From Thermoplasmata archaeon (GTDB taxonomy: Archaea; Thermoplasmatota; Thermoplasmata; Thermoplasmatales; ARK-15), in the NCBI GenBank assembly GCA_049965455.1, contig JBMFWH010000001.1, forward strand, positions 2,874 through 66,873: a stretch of 64,000 bases of DNA. The letters are read 5' to 3'. Each line of letters begins with the position of its first letter. Within the stretch, counting starts at the first letter, position 1. Made by a program: the position numbers and the translations under genes. The notes beneath the pieces are model-generated. The model worked only from the letters and a program-made list of their open reading frames with translations, ran no database searches and was not told the origin of the DNA. Below are positions 46,467 through 56,640 of the stretch, in pieces.

Positions 46467-48779
46467 TTAAAGGTCACATTTTCCAGTCTGGCAAGCAGGA
46501 TCAAAAGTGGCACTTACTTTCAGATACTCCTCGTTTTCTTTCTTTTCTAGTATCAGATCTAGTGACTTAACCTCCCTGTCCGCTTTATTCTTATTGCCAG
46601 AACCTTTATATATCACCTGAACGCTCTTGCTGCCATCCCTGTATATTGTTATGCCTTTGCATTTTAATCTGTAAGCGTCTAGATACGATTTTTCCACATC
46701 GATCATCGTAGCATCGTTTCTCAGGTTTATGGTTTTTGAAACAGCATTATCCACATACTTCTGAAACGCGGCCTGCATTAATACATGCCATTTTGGGTCA
46801 ATGTCATGGGCAGTAATATATATCTTTTTTGCATCGTCGGGAATGTCCAGATGCTGGACTGATCCAGTCTTTGCAACCTCTGCCATGAGTGCCTCAGAAT
46901 AAAACCCATGTTTTTTAGAGTACTCTTCAAACAGCGGATTAATTTCAAGTAGCTGTGTGCCATCCATCACGTTTCTTATAAATGCGAGCGCAAATAAAGG
47001 CTCGATGCTGGACGTAGTATCCGCTATTATGGAAATTGTGCCGGTAGGTGCGATCGTGGTAGTGGTCGCATTGCGCATCTTTCTGGGATACCATTTTGAC
47101 TCTTTCCAAGCCGGGAAGTTGCCTCTTTTTTCAGCAAGTTCTTCGCTCATCTGATGGCTTTCATCGTTTATGAATTTCATTACTTTCTCTGCAATGTCCA
47201 AGGCCTCGTCAGAGTCATACGGCACATTTAGCTTGAGTAACATCTCTGCAAAGCCCATCACTCCCAGCCCTATTTTTCTGGTGAGTTTGGTCATCTCTTC
47301 GATGCTTTTTAATGGGAATTTATTGGCGTCAATTACATTGTCCAGAAAATGAACAGATTCCCTGACAATCTCTCTAAGCAGATCCCAGTCTATCTTTCCG
47401 TCAGTAACGACAAGAGAGAGGTTAATAGACCCTAGGTTACAGGATTCATATGGCAATAACGGTTGTTCCCCACACGGATTTGTGGACTCGATCTCTCCTA
47501 ATTGCGGCGTTGGATTTTTTCTATTGATCTCATCGATAAATATTATGCCTGGATCTCCTGTCTTCCAAGCCTGTGATATTATCAGGTCCCAGACTTTCTT
47601 TGCGTTTTCGGTTCTAACAACGCTTTTATCCCTGGGATTATAGAGGTTGTACTGTGAGTTGGAAAATAATGCGTCCATAAACTCATCAGTGACTGCCACG
47701 GATATGTTAAAATTGCTGAATATCTTGTTGTCTGAATCTTTAGAAGTGATAAAATCCAGAATATCGGGATGATCCACCCTCAAAATGCCCATATTTGCGC
47801 CCCTTCTTTTTCCACCCTGCTTGATCACGTCTGTAGCCACATCAAATATTCTCATGAAAGATAATGGGCCAGAAGCAACACCTTTTGTAGATCCTACAAG
47901 GTCCCCAGAGGGCCTGAGCCTCGAAAACGAGAATCCGGTTCCACCTCCAGACTTGTGAATCAATGCTGCATTTTTTACGGCATCAAAAATGCCGTCCATG
48001 GTATCTTCAACAGGTATTACAAAACATGCAGAAAGTTGCCCGATATTGGTAGAGGCATTCATCAATGTCGGAGAGTTTGGCATAAAGTATTTCTGGCTCA
48101 TCAAATTATAAAATTTTACAGCTGTATCTAATATGCTGTCTTCCTTGTCATTCAGTATTTTCAGAACTTTTGAAAATGGTACTTTCATCATTTTTTCGTT
48201 ATTAAGATAGCTATATGCATGTTTCAGCATATTATATTCGACTGAGGATAGGTTATGGTCTGTATCTTCAATATTCCAAATTTTCTGTGTCGCATTTTTA
48301 TCAAATATTTCATCAATGTAGAGAATATCGATCATGGCAATATATTTTGAAACACGTTCATACATCTGCCTTGGCGTTTCTATGATTTCACCTTTTTCGT
48401 TTTTCAATAAATACCTGTTTTCAAGGACCTTAATGGCGTTAATAGAATGTTTTAGATCATCTTTCACGCCATATGACTTCTTAATTTCCCTGATCAGTTT
48501 TCTCTTTTCCCTGTATATTATATATGCTTTAGCAACTTTAGTATACCCTTCAACCATAAGCACTTCTTCTATAATGTCCTGGATCTCTTCAACTTTAGGA
48601 GTGGTAATGTGCTCCATTTCAAGCTTTTTCACTACCTTCTCAGCTAATTTTTTTGAAGTGCCATAATCTTCAGAATCAACTGATTTTAGTGCTTTGTATA
48701 TTGCGTTAATTATCTTTTTAATATCGAAAGCCGCGACGCTTCCGTCTCTCTTAACAACACTCTCAATCATAAAAATCAC
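46467..48779 (-). CDS. nrdJ: adenosylcobalamin-dependent (class II) ribonucleotide reductase
   Basis: 770 aa. ATP-cone ([16 protein letters not shown]), [13 protein letters not shown], active-site NPCGEQPL and a C-terminal redox tail CQTGKC. Confidence 0.9.
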   Translation of the reverse strand: MIFMIESVVKRDGSVAAFDIKKIINAIYKALKSVDSEDYGTSKKLAEKVVKKLEMEHITTPKVEEIQDIIEEVLMVEGYTKVAKAYIIYREKRKLIREIKKSYGVKDDLKHSINAIKVLENRYLLKNEKGEIIETPRQMYERVSKYIAMIDILYIDEIFDKNATQKIWNIEDTDHNLSSVEYNMLKHAYSYLNNEKMMKVPFSKVLKILNDKEDSILDTAVKFYNLMSQKYFMPNSPTLMNASTNIGQLSACFVIPVEDTMDGIFDAVKNAALIHKSGGGTGFSFSRLRPSGDLVGSTKGVASGPLSFMRIFDVATDVIKQGGKRRGANMGILRVDHPDILDFITSKDSDNKIFSNFNISVAVTDEFMDALFSNSQYNLYNPRDKSVVRTENAKKVWDLIISQAWKTGDPGIIFIDEINRKNPTPQLGEIESTNPCGEQPLLPYESCNLGSINLSLVVTDGKIDWDLLREIVRESVHFLDNVIDANKFPLKSIEEMTKLTRKIGLGVMGFAEMLLKLNVPYDSDEALDIAEKVMKFINDESHQMSEELAEKRGNFPAWKESKWYPRKMRNATTTTIAPTGTISIIADTTSSIEPLFALAFIRNVMDGTQLLEINPLFEEYSKKHGFYSEALMAEVAKTGSVQHLDIPDDAKKIYITAHDIDPKWHVLMQAAFQKYVDNAVSKTINLRNDATMIDVEKSYLDAYRLKCKGITIYRDGSKSVQVIYKGSGNKNKADREVKSLDLILEKKENEEYLKVSATFDPACQTGKCDL

Positions 48780-48841
48780 TTTTTTTTAAAGGGTAGAAAA
48801 GAATAAGAAACAAGTATAATTTAAAATTTTTTAGTACTGAA

Positions 48842-48897
48842 CATGGTAAGATATAATTATCATGTTAATATATAGCACATGTTAAAAAACATGGTAA
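48842..48897. promoter_or_regulatory. four direct CATGKTAA boxes upstream of nrdJ
   Basis: catggtaa at 48842, catgttaa at 48861, catgttaa at 48878, catggtaa at 48890. They lie 63-118 nt upstream of the tracked nrdJ start on the minus strand. Confidence 0.35.
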
Positions 48898-48900
48898 AAA

Positions 48901-49629
48901 TCATTTTTTGTAAGTAAAAAGATTGCGGTAAGCATCGATGCTGCCTATATCCACCCATGTTCCCTCATATCTGATCCCATATAGCTCTGTCTTTTTCAAG
49001 AGCCAGGAAATGAAAGTGCCTAAAGTATCTTTATTTTCACTGTTTTCTACGTACTCCTCTAAAAACTTCTTGATCTCTTTTTTAAACAGATAAACGCCCA
49101 TGCTTATTAAGGTGCTGTCTGGCTCTTCAGGTTTCTCCGTGATATTTATTATTTTTCCATCAGAATCAATATTTACAACGCCGAATCTTTTAGCCTCTTC
49201 AAGTTCCTTTATGTCATATAACCCAATTACAGATTCGTTGAGCGACCTGAACTTTTCAAAAGAGGTATAAAGATCAAAATCAAAGAAATTGTCTCCTGCG
49301 ATCACCATAAAATCAGAATTTACATTTAACGTATCTAATACATACCCAATTCCCTTAACAGCGCCAAACTTCTCGGACTCAGATTTTGTAGGCTCAATGA
49401 TCAGCTCCATATTCTTGTAAGAGGGATGGGTTTTGATATAATATTTAAATTGATCTGCAAACTTGGAATTTGTAGATATTATTATCTTTTCAAAATCTAG
49501 ATTTTTGACATGATCCAGGATATGGTCTATTATGGGCCTGCCAGAAACCGGAAGCAATGGCTTTGGAATAAACTCAGAGATCGGCATCAGCCTTTTTGCA
49601 AATCCCCCTGCAAGTATTATCAATATCAT
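48901..49629 (-). CDS. sugar-phosphate nucleotidyltransferase (glucose-1-phosphate thymidylyl/uridylyltransferase-like)
   Basis: 242 aa. ILAGGFAKRLMPISEFIPKPLLPV loop. Confidence 0.8.
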   Translation of the reverse strand: MILIILAGGFAKRLMPISEFIPKPLLPVSGRPIIDHILDHVKNLDFEKIIISTNSKFADQFKYYIKTHPSYKNMELIIEPTKSESEKFGAVKGIGYVLDTLNVNSDFMVIAGDNFFDFDLYTSFEKFRSLNESVIGLYDIKELEEAKRFGVVNIDSDGKIINITEKPEEPDSTLISMGVYLFKKEIKKFLEEYVENSENKDTLGTFISWLLKKTELYGIRYEGTWVDIGSIDAYRNLFTYKK

Positions 49630-49664
49630 TAAAGAGAAAATAAGATGAAAATATTTATAGTTTT

Positions 49665-51521
49665 TTATACCCCCACATCAGTAATGAGATCTGACAGGTC
49701 CATGATCTGCAACTTCACTTTTGTGGGCACTCCTTCCCTGGACCAGCCACGTACCTGATAGTAGTCATCAAGCATCTTTTGCAGCTCTTCTTCTTTTACG
49801 TACGATCCTTTAGACACGCCTTTAGGGATAGGATCATGCGTCACACGATACGGTAACTTGTCATCTTTTCTCGACAATCCTTCTCTGACATTAAAGCTTT
49901 TTTGTATATTGTAAGATCTCTCTCCGACAAGCATAAGCTCTGACGGGCTCATGTCAAATCCAGTCGCCGCATATATAAGGTCAGGAAAACCCTCAAGGAA
50001 AAACATATGCCTTGAAAATTTGCACATTCCTACAGTATCATAGACGGTCATCAAATCTTCCATGGTCTTGACTTCAAATCCCTTGTTATTGGCTGATAAC
50101 CTGTCTATGCCCTCAAATTTCCACCATTTTCCAGTCAGCTCCAGTCCATATACACCCGCAGTCAAATGGCAGGCTCCCCTGACAGATACCGCTTCGGCAA
50201 GAGCCATGCCTTTTATGCCTCTCACATCATATGCGGGTGGTTCAAGACCTTTTACATGCATTGCGAACTCTTCCCCTTTTCCAAGCTTTTCTACGGCACT
50301 TTTCACGCCATCTGCCAATAAGTTTCCTAGATATCCCTCTCTGAAAGCCATCTCTTTCAACAGCTTTGCTGTACCTTCAACGTCTCCGAATTTTGGAGCA
50401 TCCAGCAATATTCCTCTTTCTCGAGCCTCCATTGCCCATGAGATAGTCAATCCTGCAGAAATGGTATCAAATCCATACAGGTCGCATAATAGATTTAAAT
50501 ATGCTACCGCCTCAGGATCATCAACTTCAAGATTCCCACCTAAAGAGTAAAGTGTTTCATACTCGATTCCATCCACTGACACGCCCTTGTATTTTCCGTC
50601 TTTTATCTCGAACATGTGCCCGCAAGGCTTGTTGCAGTTAGGGCAAGGATGAAACTTCTTTGCATAAATAGGTGCCCAGTAATAGGGATCAATATGCGAT
50701 TTCTCGCCCTCTTTTAGGGTATCAAACGCGCTCTGAAAATATCCTTGCTGCCAGTTTCTGGATGGGAATGTACCACGCTGGGTGTTCATCCAGCTATAAA
50801 ACTCGCCAGTGCCATAATTCATATCTTCTTTTGCAGCAGGGTGCTCTCTCAGTATCTTTGCCCATTTTTGTACCAGTTCTTTAAAATGCTGCGGATCAAA
50901 TATTTCTATTGATCCAGAACCTTTTACAGCTAATCCTTTTAATTTTTTAGAGCCGAACACAGCACCAATACCTGTTCTTGCCGCCTGCCGCTCTTCACAA
51001 TCCACGCCTCCAATTTTTGACAGGTTTTCTCCAGAAGGCCCTATTGCGGCAGTTGCTACTTTGCCATATATCTCTTTTAGCTTGTTCTGTGTCTCTCTAG
51101 TATCTAACCCCCACAGATCTGTTTTCTCTATTTTTATGTTATTATCATCTATGCTTATAACGACAGGCTCTTTGCTCTTTCCTTTGATTATCATCAGATC
51201 ATAGCCTGCTTTTTTGAGATGCACTCCTAACGTGGCACCAACCACAGCTCTTCCCAAGCCTCCTGTAGCCGGAGATTTCGTCAAAAAAACAGTTTTTGAA
51301 GCAGTTGGCACACCTATAGGCACAAACAATCCAGGCGCTATGATGATAGGGTTCTGTTCATCAAATGCATCCGTACCTTTTTTAGAGTCTCTGTAAAGAT
51401 AATAAGAAGCAAGTGCTAGACCACCAAGATATCTCCTCGCAATTTTTTGATCTAGTTCTTCTTCTGAAACCTGGCCAGCAGTCAAATCTATTTTCAAAAT
51501 CTTACCTGTAAATCCGAACAT
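49665..51521 (-). CDS. aor: aldehyde:ferredoxin oxidoreductase family (tungstopterin) enzyme
   Basis: The likely start MFGFTGKILKIDLT (51521) lies inside tracked ORF 49665..51590. The AOR N- and C-domain pattern runs throughout. Confidence 0.85.
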   Translation of the reverse strand: MFGFTGKILKIDLTAGQVSEEELDQKIARRYLGGLALASYYLYRDSKKGTDAFDEQNPIIIAPGLFVPIGVPTASKTVFLTKSPATGGLGRAVVGATLGVHLKKAGYDLMIIKGKSKEPVVISIDDNNIKIEKTDLWGLDTRETQNKLKEIYGKVATAAIGPSGENLSKIGGVDCEERQAARTGIGAVFGSKKLKGLAVKGSGSIEIFDPQHFKELVQKWAKILREHPAAKEDMNYGTGEFYSWMNTQRGTFPSRNWQQGYFQSAFDTLKEGEKSHIDPYYWAPIYAKKFHPCPNCNKPCGHMFEIKDGKYKGVSVDGIEYETLYSLGGNLEVDDPEAVAYLNLLCDLYGFDTISAGLTISWAMEARERGILLDAPKFGDVEGTAKLLKEMAFREGYLGNLLADGVKSAVEKLGKGEEFAMHVKGLEPPAYDVRGIKGMALAEAVSVRGACHLTAGVYGLELTGKWWKFEGIDRLSANNKGFEVKTMEDLMTVYDTVGMCKFSRHMFFLEGFPDLIYAATGFDMSPSELMLVGERSYNIQKSFNVREGLSRKDDKLPYRVTHDPIPKGVSKGSYVKEEELQKMLDDYYQVRGWSREGVPTKVKLQIMDLSDLITDVGV

Positions 51522-51616
51522 ATATATCCTTTGAACGATAATACCAACAATAATATTAACTGTTCGATATGTATAACCGTACATTTTCAAACTTGCAATT
51601 TTGACTGCTAAAAAAA

Positions 51617-52750
51617 TCAGATATCAAGTGACAAAAATTCAACGGTTTCTTTTATCCGCTCAATACCTTTTCTGATATTTTCAGGAGAGGTGGCATAAGA
51701 TATCCGGATATGATTTGCGCCATTGTTTCCAAATGCTGAGCCGGGAGCAACTACAACCCCATTTTTAAGCAGGGAGATCGCAAAGGCATCATCGTCTAAG
51801 TTGAGCGAATAGGCGGGAAACAGATAGAAAGTCCCCTCCGGAACATGCTGTGAAAATTGTGAAATTCCAGAAAACAGGTGCAATGAAAGGTCCCTTCTTT
51901 TTTTGAACGACCTTACCATGTTCCTGGTAAACTGGTCCGAGTTTTGGACCGCTGCCAGGGCGCCGTACTGTAAAGGAGTTGCAGGGCAAGCGATTAAATA
52001 GTACTGTAATTTTGAGATTGGCTCAATGAGTTTTCTTGAAGAGATCAAATACCCGATTCTCCACCCTGTCATCGCATATTCTTTGGAGAATGAGCTTATA
52101 AATACCAGCTTATCATATTTTCCGAGAAAAGTAGTTTCATCCCTATCAAAGACTATCTTCATATAAACTTCGTCAGAGATGATATATAAATCATGAACGG
52201 TGGCAAACTCGATAATGTTTTTGATCTCTCTATCTGACAGTACTGTGCCTAAAGGATTGCTGGGGCTGTTGATGATTATTGCTCTGGTTCTAGGGGTGAT
52301 GAGTGGTTCTAGATCTGCAATATCTAAAACGAATTTTTTAGAGCTTTGCAAAGGATAAGAAACAGGATTACCTCCAGCTAACGTGACATGAGGTGCGTAT
52401 ATTACAAATCCGGGATCAGGAACCAAAACTTCATCACCAGGCTCTAGCAGTGAATATAAAGCCAAGTAAAAAGCTTCAGTGCCACCCATTGTGATTATGA
52501 CATTCTCTGCCTTCAAATCTGCGTATTTTCTATATTTTTGTGCAATAGCCTCCCTCAGCTCAGGCAATCCGGATGAAGGACCATATTTGTTGAACCCCAT
52601 CGTGATCGCTTTTTTTGTAGCCATCTGAACATATTTGGGAGGTTGAAAATCAGGTTCTCCAATCCCCAGATTTATGGATTCTTTAGATGCCAAATTAAAA
52701 AATTTTCTTATCCCAGAACCTGGAATGCTGGATACTAATCCATATGCCAT
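51617..52750 (-). CDS. class I aminotransferase (aspartate/aromatic type)
   Basis: 377 aa. PLP-lysine context SFSKEYAMTGWRIGY. Confidence 0.85.
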   Translation of the reverse strand: MAYGLVSSIPGSGIRKFFNLASKESINLGIGEPDFQPPKYVQMATKKAITMGFNKYGPSSGLPELREAIAQKYRKYADLKAENVIITMGGTEAFYLALYSLLEPGDEVLVPDPGFVIYAPHVTLAGGNPVSYPLQSSKKFVLDIADLEPLITPRTRAIIINSPSNPLGTVLSDREIKNIIEFATVHDLYIISDEVYMKIVFDRDETTFLGKYDKLVFISSFSKEYAMTGWRIGYLISSRKLIEPISKLQYYLIACPATPLQYGALAAVQNSDQFTRNMVRSFKKRRDLSLHLFSGISQFSQHVPEGTFYLFPAYSLNLDDDAFAISLLKNGVVVAPGSAFGNNGANHIRISYATSPENIRKGIERIKETVEFLSLDI

Positions 52751-52906
52751 AATCTTATATTACAATTTAGGTTATAAATGTTTAGTAAAATAATTTTCTA
52801 ATAAATTGACTAATTTATGAAACAATATCTAATGTAAAAAAACAGATATAGAAATATTTATTATCTTCTTTTTTTATTGATACTCATTAACAAGAGGTGA
52901 ATTTTA

Positions 52907-53410
52907 ATGCATAAAATGACAGAAGCGGCTTTAAAAGAAGCCTATGCCGGAGAGAGTCAAGCGCACATGAGATACCTGATTTTTGCAGACGTCGCTGAAA
53001 AGGCGGGATTTAAAAATGTGGCAAGGCAGTTCAGAGCAATTGCCTATGCAGAACAGATACATGCCACAAATCATTATAAGAACCTGGGAATGATCAGAGA
53101 TTCTTCGCAGAATCTGCAGGTAGCAATTGACGGAGAAGCTTATGAAGTAGAGGAGATGTATCCTGTATTTAATCAAACAGCAAAATTTCAGAATGAGAAA
53201 GGAGCTGAGATGAGCACTCACTATGCTTTGGAAACCGAAAAAGTTCATTTACAGATGTACAAGGATGCAAAGAAAGCTGTGGATGAGAAAAAGGATATTG
53301 ATCTCGGAGACATTTACATATGTACTGTCTGTGGATTCACGGTTATAGGTAAGTTGCCTGAAAAATGTCCTGTATGCGGAGCACCTGCATCGGCGTTCAA
53401 GAAATTCTAA
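52907..53410 (+). CDS. rbr: rubrerythrin
   Basis: Diiron four-helix motifs (E..AH.RY, E..H) plus a C-terminal rubredoxin-like CTVCG...CPVCG. Confidence 0.9.
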   Translation: MHKMTEAALKEAYAGESQAHMRYLIFADVAEKAGFKNVARQFRAIAYAEQIHATNHYKNLGMIRDSSQNLQVAIDGEAYEVEEMYPVFNQTAKFQNEKGAEMSTHYALETEKVHLQMYKDAKKAVDEKKDIDLGDIYICTVCGFTVIGKLPEKCPVCGAPASAFKKF

Positions 53411-53458
53411 AAATGTTTGGAATTTCTATTTTTTATTTTGTGAATAGAGGCATATAAA

Positions 53459-53881
53459 ATGTTAAAAGAGAACGATAATGTAGTGTTCGTTAACACCTAC
53501 TTGCCTGAAAAAGCAAGCGGAAAGTGGGTAGTGTTATACTTTTACCCTGCAGACTTCACGCCGGGATGCACAAGAGAGGCACAGGAATTCAGGGACTTAA
53601 AACCGCAGTTTGACGCAGAGAATGTTGAAATAGTGGGCGTAAGCGTGAAGAGCGAAGAGATACAGAGCAGATTTAAAGAGAAGTACAATCTGAATTTCAG
53701 CCTTATTAGCGACAAAGACAAGGTTTTAATAGAGAAGTTTGGAGTAAACTCGATGGGTAGGGCAAAAAGAACCACTTTTATTCTTGATGCAGATCGAAAG
53801 ATCAGAAAAGCATGGGAAAAAGTGAGCGTAAATGGTCACGCTGAAGAAGTTTTAAAATTTATAAAAGAGGTGAAAAAATGA
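53459..53881 (+). CDS. bcp: peroxiredoxin (Bcp type)
   Basis: 140 aa. Active site [12 protein letters not shown]. Confidence 0.85.
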   Translation: MLKENDNVVFVNTYLPEKASGKWVVLYFYPADFTPGCTREAQEFRDLKPQFDAENVEIVGVSVKSEEIQSRFKEKYNLNFSLISDKDKVLIEKFGVNSMGRAKRTTFILDADRKIRKAWEKVSVNGHAEEVLKFIKEVKK

Positions 53882-54039
53882 GCGATAAATATCAATGTTC
53901 GGTTTGTGGATACATATATGATCCAGAGCAGGGAGATCCTGACAATGGCGTAAAGGCAGGTACTGATTTTGTAAATATACCGGCAGACTGGGTATGTCCA
54001 GTATGCGGCGCCCCAAAGGATATGTTTGAAAAGATATGA
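53878..54039 (+). CDS. rubredoxin (53 aa, absent from the supplied ORF track)
   Basis: My own translation is [53 protein letters not shown]. Both CxxCG knuckles are present. ATGA overlap with the bcp stop. Confidence 0.9.
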   Translation: MSDKYQCSVCGYIYDPEQGDPDNGVKAGTDFVNIPADWVCPVCGAPKDMFEKI

Positions 54040-54049
54040 AGGTGTAAAA

Positions 54050-55786
54050 ATGGTAAAAGTCGATGATTTGGCAATAAAGATTGGGGGACAGGCAGGAGAC
54101 GGTTCTCTGGCCACGGGAGAAGTTTTAGCAAAAGCCTATAAGAAGATGGGATTGAATGTGGCCACAGACAAGGATTTTCCGTCCAGAATAAGGGGGGGAC
54201 ATACCAGCTATACTATTCGTGGCGCAAAAAAGTCAGTGTATAGCATTGGAAATAACATAGATGTACTGCTTGCGTTTGATGAAGACTCTATAAAAATAGA
54301 CCTGCCAGAACTAGCTGATGATGGGGTATTGATTTTTGATAACAGCAAGGCAGATTTAAACATACAACCAAACAACTTTAAAATTTACAAGATCCCTCTC
54401 GCAAACATGGCCAAGACGGAACTTGGGCTGGAACTAATAAAAAACACATTGGCACTGGGTGTGATCAAAGTTCTATTTGATCTTGATTCAAACGTGTTTA
54501 AAGATACGATAAAAGAGATGTACAGCAACAAGAGTGCGAAGATAATTGACGAGAACATCAAGGCATTTGAGCTTGGAGAAGCTTATGCTTCCGAGCATTT
54601 TGAGAAAGTAAGCAACTACAAGGTTCAGAAATACGAGGACAGCAAAGAGCGGATGCTCATAATGGGAAACGAGGCGATAGGAATTGGAGCGATAATAGCA
54701 GGATGCAGGTTCATAGCAGCCTATCCTATCACGCCCGCATCTGACATATTAGAGTACATGGCCCGCTTTTTGCCAGAGCAGATGGGCGTGGCAATACAGG
54801 CCGAGGTTGAAATTGCAGCAGTGAACATGGCGATCGGTGCCTCATACGCGGGAGCAAGAGCAATGACTGTTACTTCAGGGCCCGGTCTGGACCTGAAAAC
54901 AGAGGCAATAGGGTTAGCGGGAATGATCGAGACCCCGCTGGTGATAGTAGAGGCGCAGAGGGCAGGACCGAGCACTGGCATGCCCACAAAGACAGAGCAG
55001 TCTGACATAAATCATGTGACGGTGGGAGGGCACGGTGAGATTCCAAGAATAGTAATAGTTCCAGGCACTGTGGAAGAAGCATTTTATTTTACAGTCTCCG
55101 CGTTCAACTTTGCAGATAAGTACCAGTGCCCGGTGATAATACTTACCGATGAGCTGATAAGCTGGAACAAGCAGACTACCAGGAGATTCGATCTTGATAA
55201 ATTGAGCATAGATCGTGGCAAGTTATTGCTGAACATAGACTCTATTGATCGTGAATTTAAGAGATACTCGTTCCAGGAAGATGGCATATCTCCAAGACCG
55301 ATACCTACCGTGAAAAACGGCGTACATCTCGAAACAGGAGATGAGCATGATGAGTACGGGCATATCACCGAAAAGGTAGATCTTAGAAACAGAATGATGC
55401 AAAAGAGGATGCACAAGCTTGACATTGCAGCGAAAGAATTGTACGATTGTGTCACGTATGGCGAAGAATCTGAAAATATAGTGATCGGAATAGGATCCAC
55501 AAAAGGCCCAATACTGGAAGCAATGGAATATCTGAAAGATAAGCGGATAAATTTAAAATTTGTCAGAATAAGAACCTTATGGCCATTTCCAGCAGAGGAG
55601 CTTAGAGGACTGTTAAAAAATGCAAAGCGCATATTTGTGGTAGAAAACAATTACACAGCGCAACTGGCAACTCTTATTAGATCCCAGCTCGGAACTTTGA
55701 ATATCATATCGATCCTGAAATATGATGGTCGAGCATTCAAGCCCCGGGACATTTATAAGAAAATAGAAGAGGTGATTAAACAATGA
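54050..55786 (+). CDS. 2-oxoacid:ferredoxin oxidoreductase, fused gamma-alpha subunit
   Basis: Gamma-like N-terminus GGQAGDGSLATGEVLAKA, then an alpha domain (AAYPITPAS). ATG at 54050. Confidence 0.85.
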   Translation: MVKVDDLAIKIGGQAGDGSLATGEVLAKAYKKMGLNVATDKDFPSRIRGGHTSYTIRGAKKSVYSIGNNIDVLLAFDEDSIKIDLPELADDGVLIFDNSKADLNIQPNNFKIYKIPLANMAKTELGLELIKNTLALGVIKVLFDLDSNVFKDTIKEMYSNKSAKIIDENIKAFELGEAYASEHFEKVSNYKVQKYEDSKERMLIMGNEAIGIGAIIAGCRFIAAYPITPASDILEYMARFLPEQMGVAIQAEVEIAAVNMAIGASYAGARAMTVTSGPGLDLKTEAIGLAGMIETPLVIVEAQRAGPSTGMPTKTEQSDINHVTVGGHGEIPRIVIVPGTVEEAFYFTVSAFNFADKYQCPVIILTDELISWNKQTTRRFDLDKLSIDRGKLLLNIDSIDREFKRYSFQEDGISPRPIPTVKNGVHLETGDEHDEYGHITEKVDLRNRMMQKRMHKLDIAAKELYDCVTYGEESENIVIGIGSTKGPILEAMEYLKDKRINLKFVRIRTLWPFPAEELRGLLKNAKRIFVVENNYTAQLATLIRSQLGTLNIISILKYDGRAFKPRDIYKKIEEVIKQ

Positions 55787-56640
55787 ACGATCCTAAATTT
55801 TATGATAAAGAAAAGCCTACATGGTGCCCAGGATGCGGGGATTATGGAGTTTTGATGGCATTGAAGAAGGCAGCGGCAGAGCTAAACCTCGACCCTGCAA
55901 ACACGGTCGTGGTGACCGGTATCGGATGCTCTGCTAAGCTTAGCAGCTATTTTTACAGTTACGGGCTTCACGGAATACATGGCCGCGCACTGGCTCTGGC
56001 TACAGGCGTGAAACTTGCAAATCCGCAATTGACAGTAATAGCTGCAGGCGGTGATGGCGATGGCTATGCAATAGGCATGGAACATTTTATGCATACGGCC
56101 AAGAGAAACATAGACATCACGTATGTTATCATGGATAACCAGATTTACGGGCTTACCAAGGGCCAATTCTCGCCAACGAGCAATGAAGGGTTTGTGACAA
56201 ATACCTCCCCGTTCGGAAATATCGAAACGCCTGTAAACGGACCTTTGCTAGCACTGGCAGCAGGTGCTACTTACATTGCGAGAGGCTTTGTTGGAGACAT
56301 TAACCAGGTTGCAGAGCTGATCAAAGGTGGTATAGAGCACAGGGGATTTTCGCTGATAGATATATTCAGCCCTTGCGTTACGTGGAACAAGGTAAACACC
56401 TATGACTGGTACAAGGCAAACACCTATGACCTGAGATCTGTGAACCATGATTTTAGAGATAAACAAAAAGCATTCGAAGTGCTATTAAACGAACAGAAGT
56501 TCCCGCTGGGATTGATATACAAGGAAGAGAACAAGAAAACATACGAATCACTGGCCCTAAAACATCCGGAAAAGCCAATGGCACTGCAAAAGCTCAAGGA
56601 TCCGAAAGAATACGAATCACTATTAGACGTATTCGTGTAA
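55783..56640 (+). CDS. 2-oxoacid:ferredoxin oxidoreductase, beta (TPP) subunit
   Basis: WCPGCGDYG and GGDGDGYAIG motifs. 4-nt overlap with the alpha gene. Confidence 0.9.
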   Translation: MNDPKFYDKEKPTWCPGCGDYGVLMALKKAAAELNLDPANTVVVTGIGCSAKLSSYFYSYGLHGIHGRALALATGVKLANPQLTVIAAGGDGDGYAIGMEHFMHTAKRNIDITYVIMDNQIYGLTKGQFSPTSNEGFVTNTSPFGNIETPVNGPLLALAAGATYIARGFVGDINQVAELIKGGIEHRGFSLIDIFSPCVTWNKVNTYDWYKANTYDLRSVNHDFRDKQKAFEVLLNEQKFPLGLIYKEENKKTYESLALKHPEKPMALQKLKDPKEYESLLDVFV

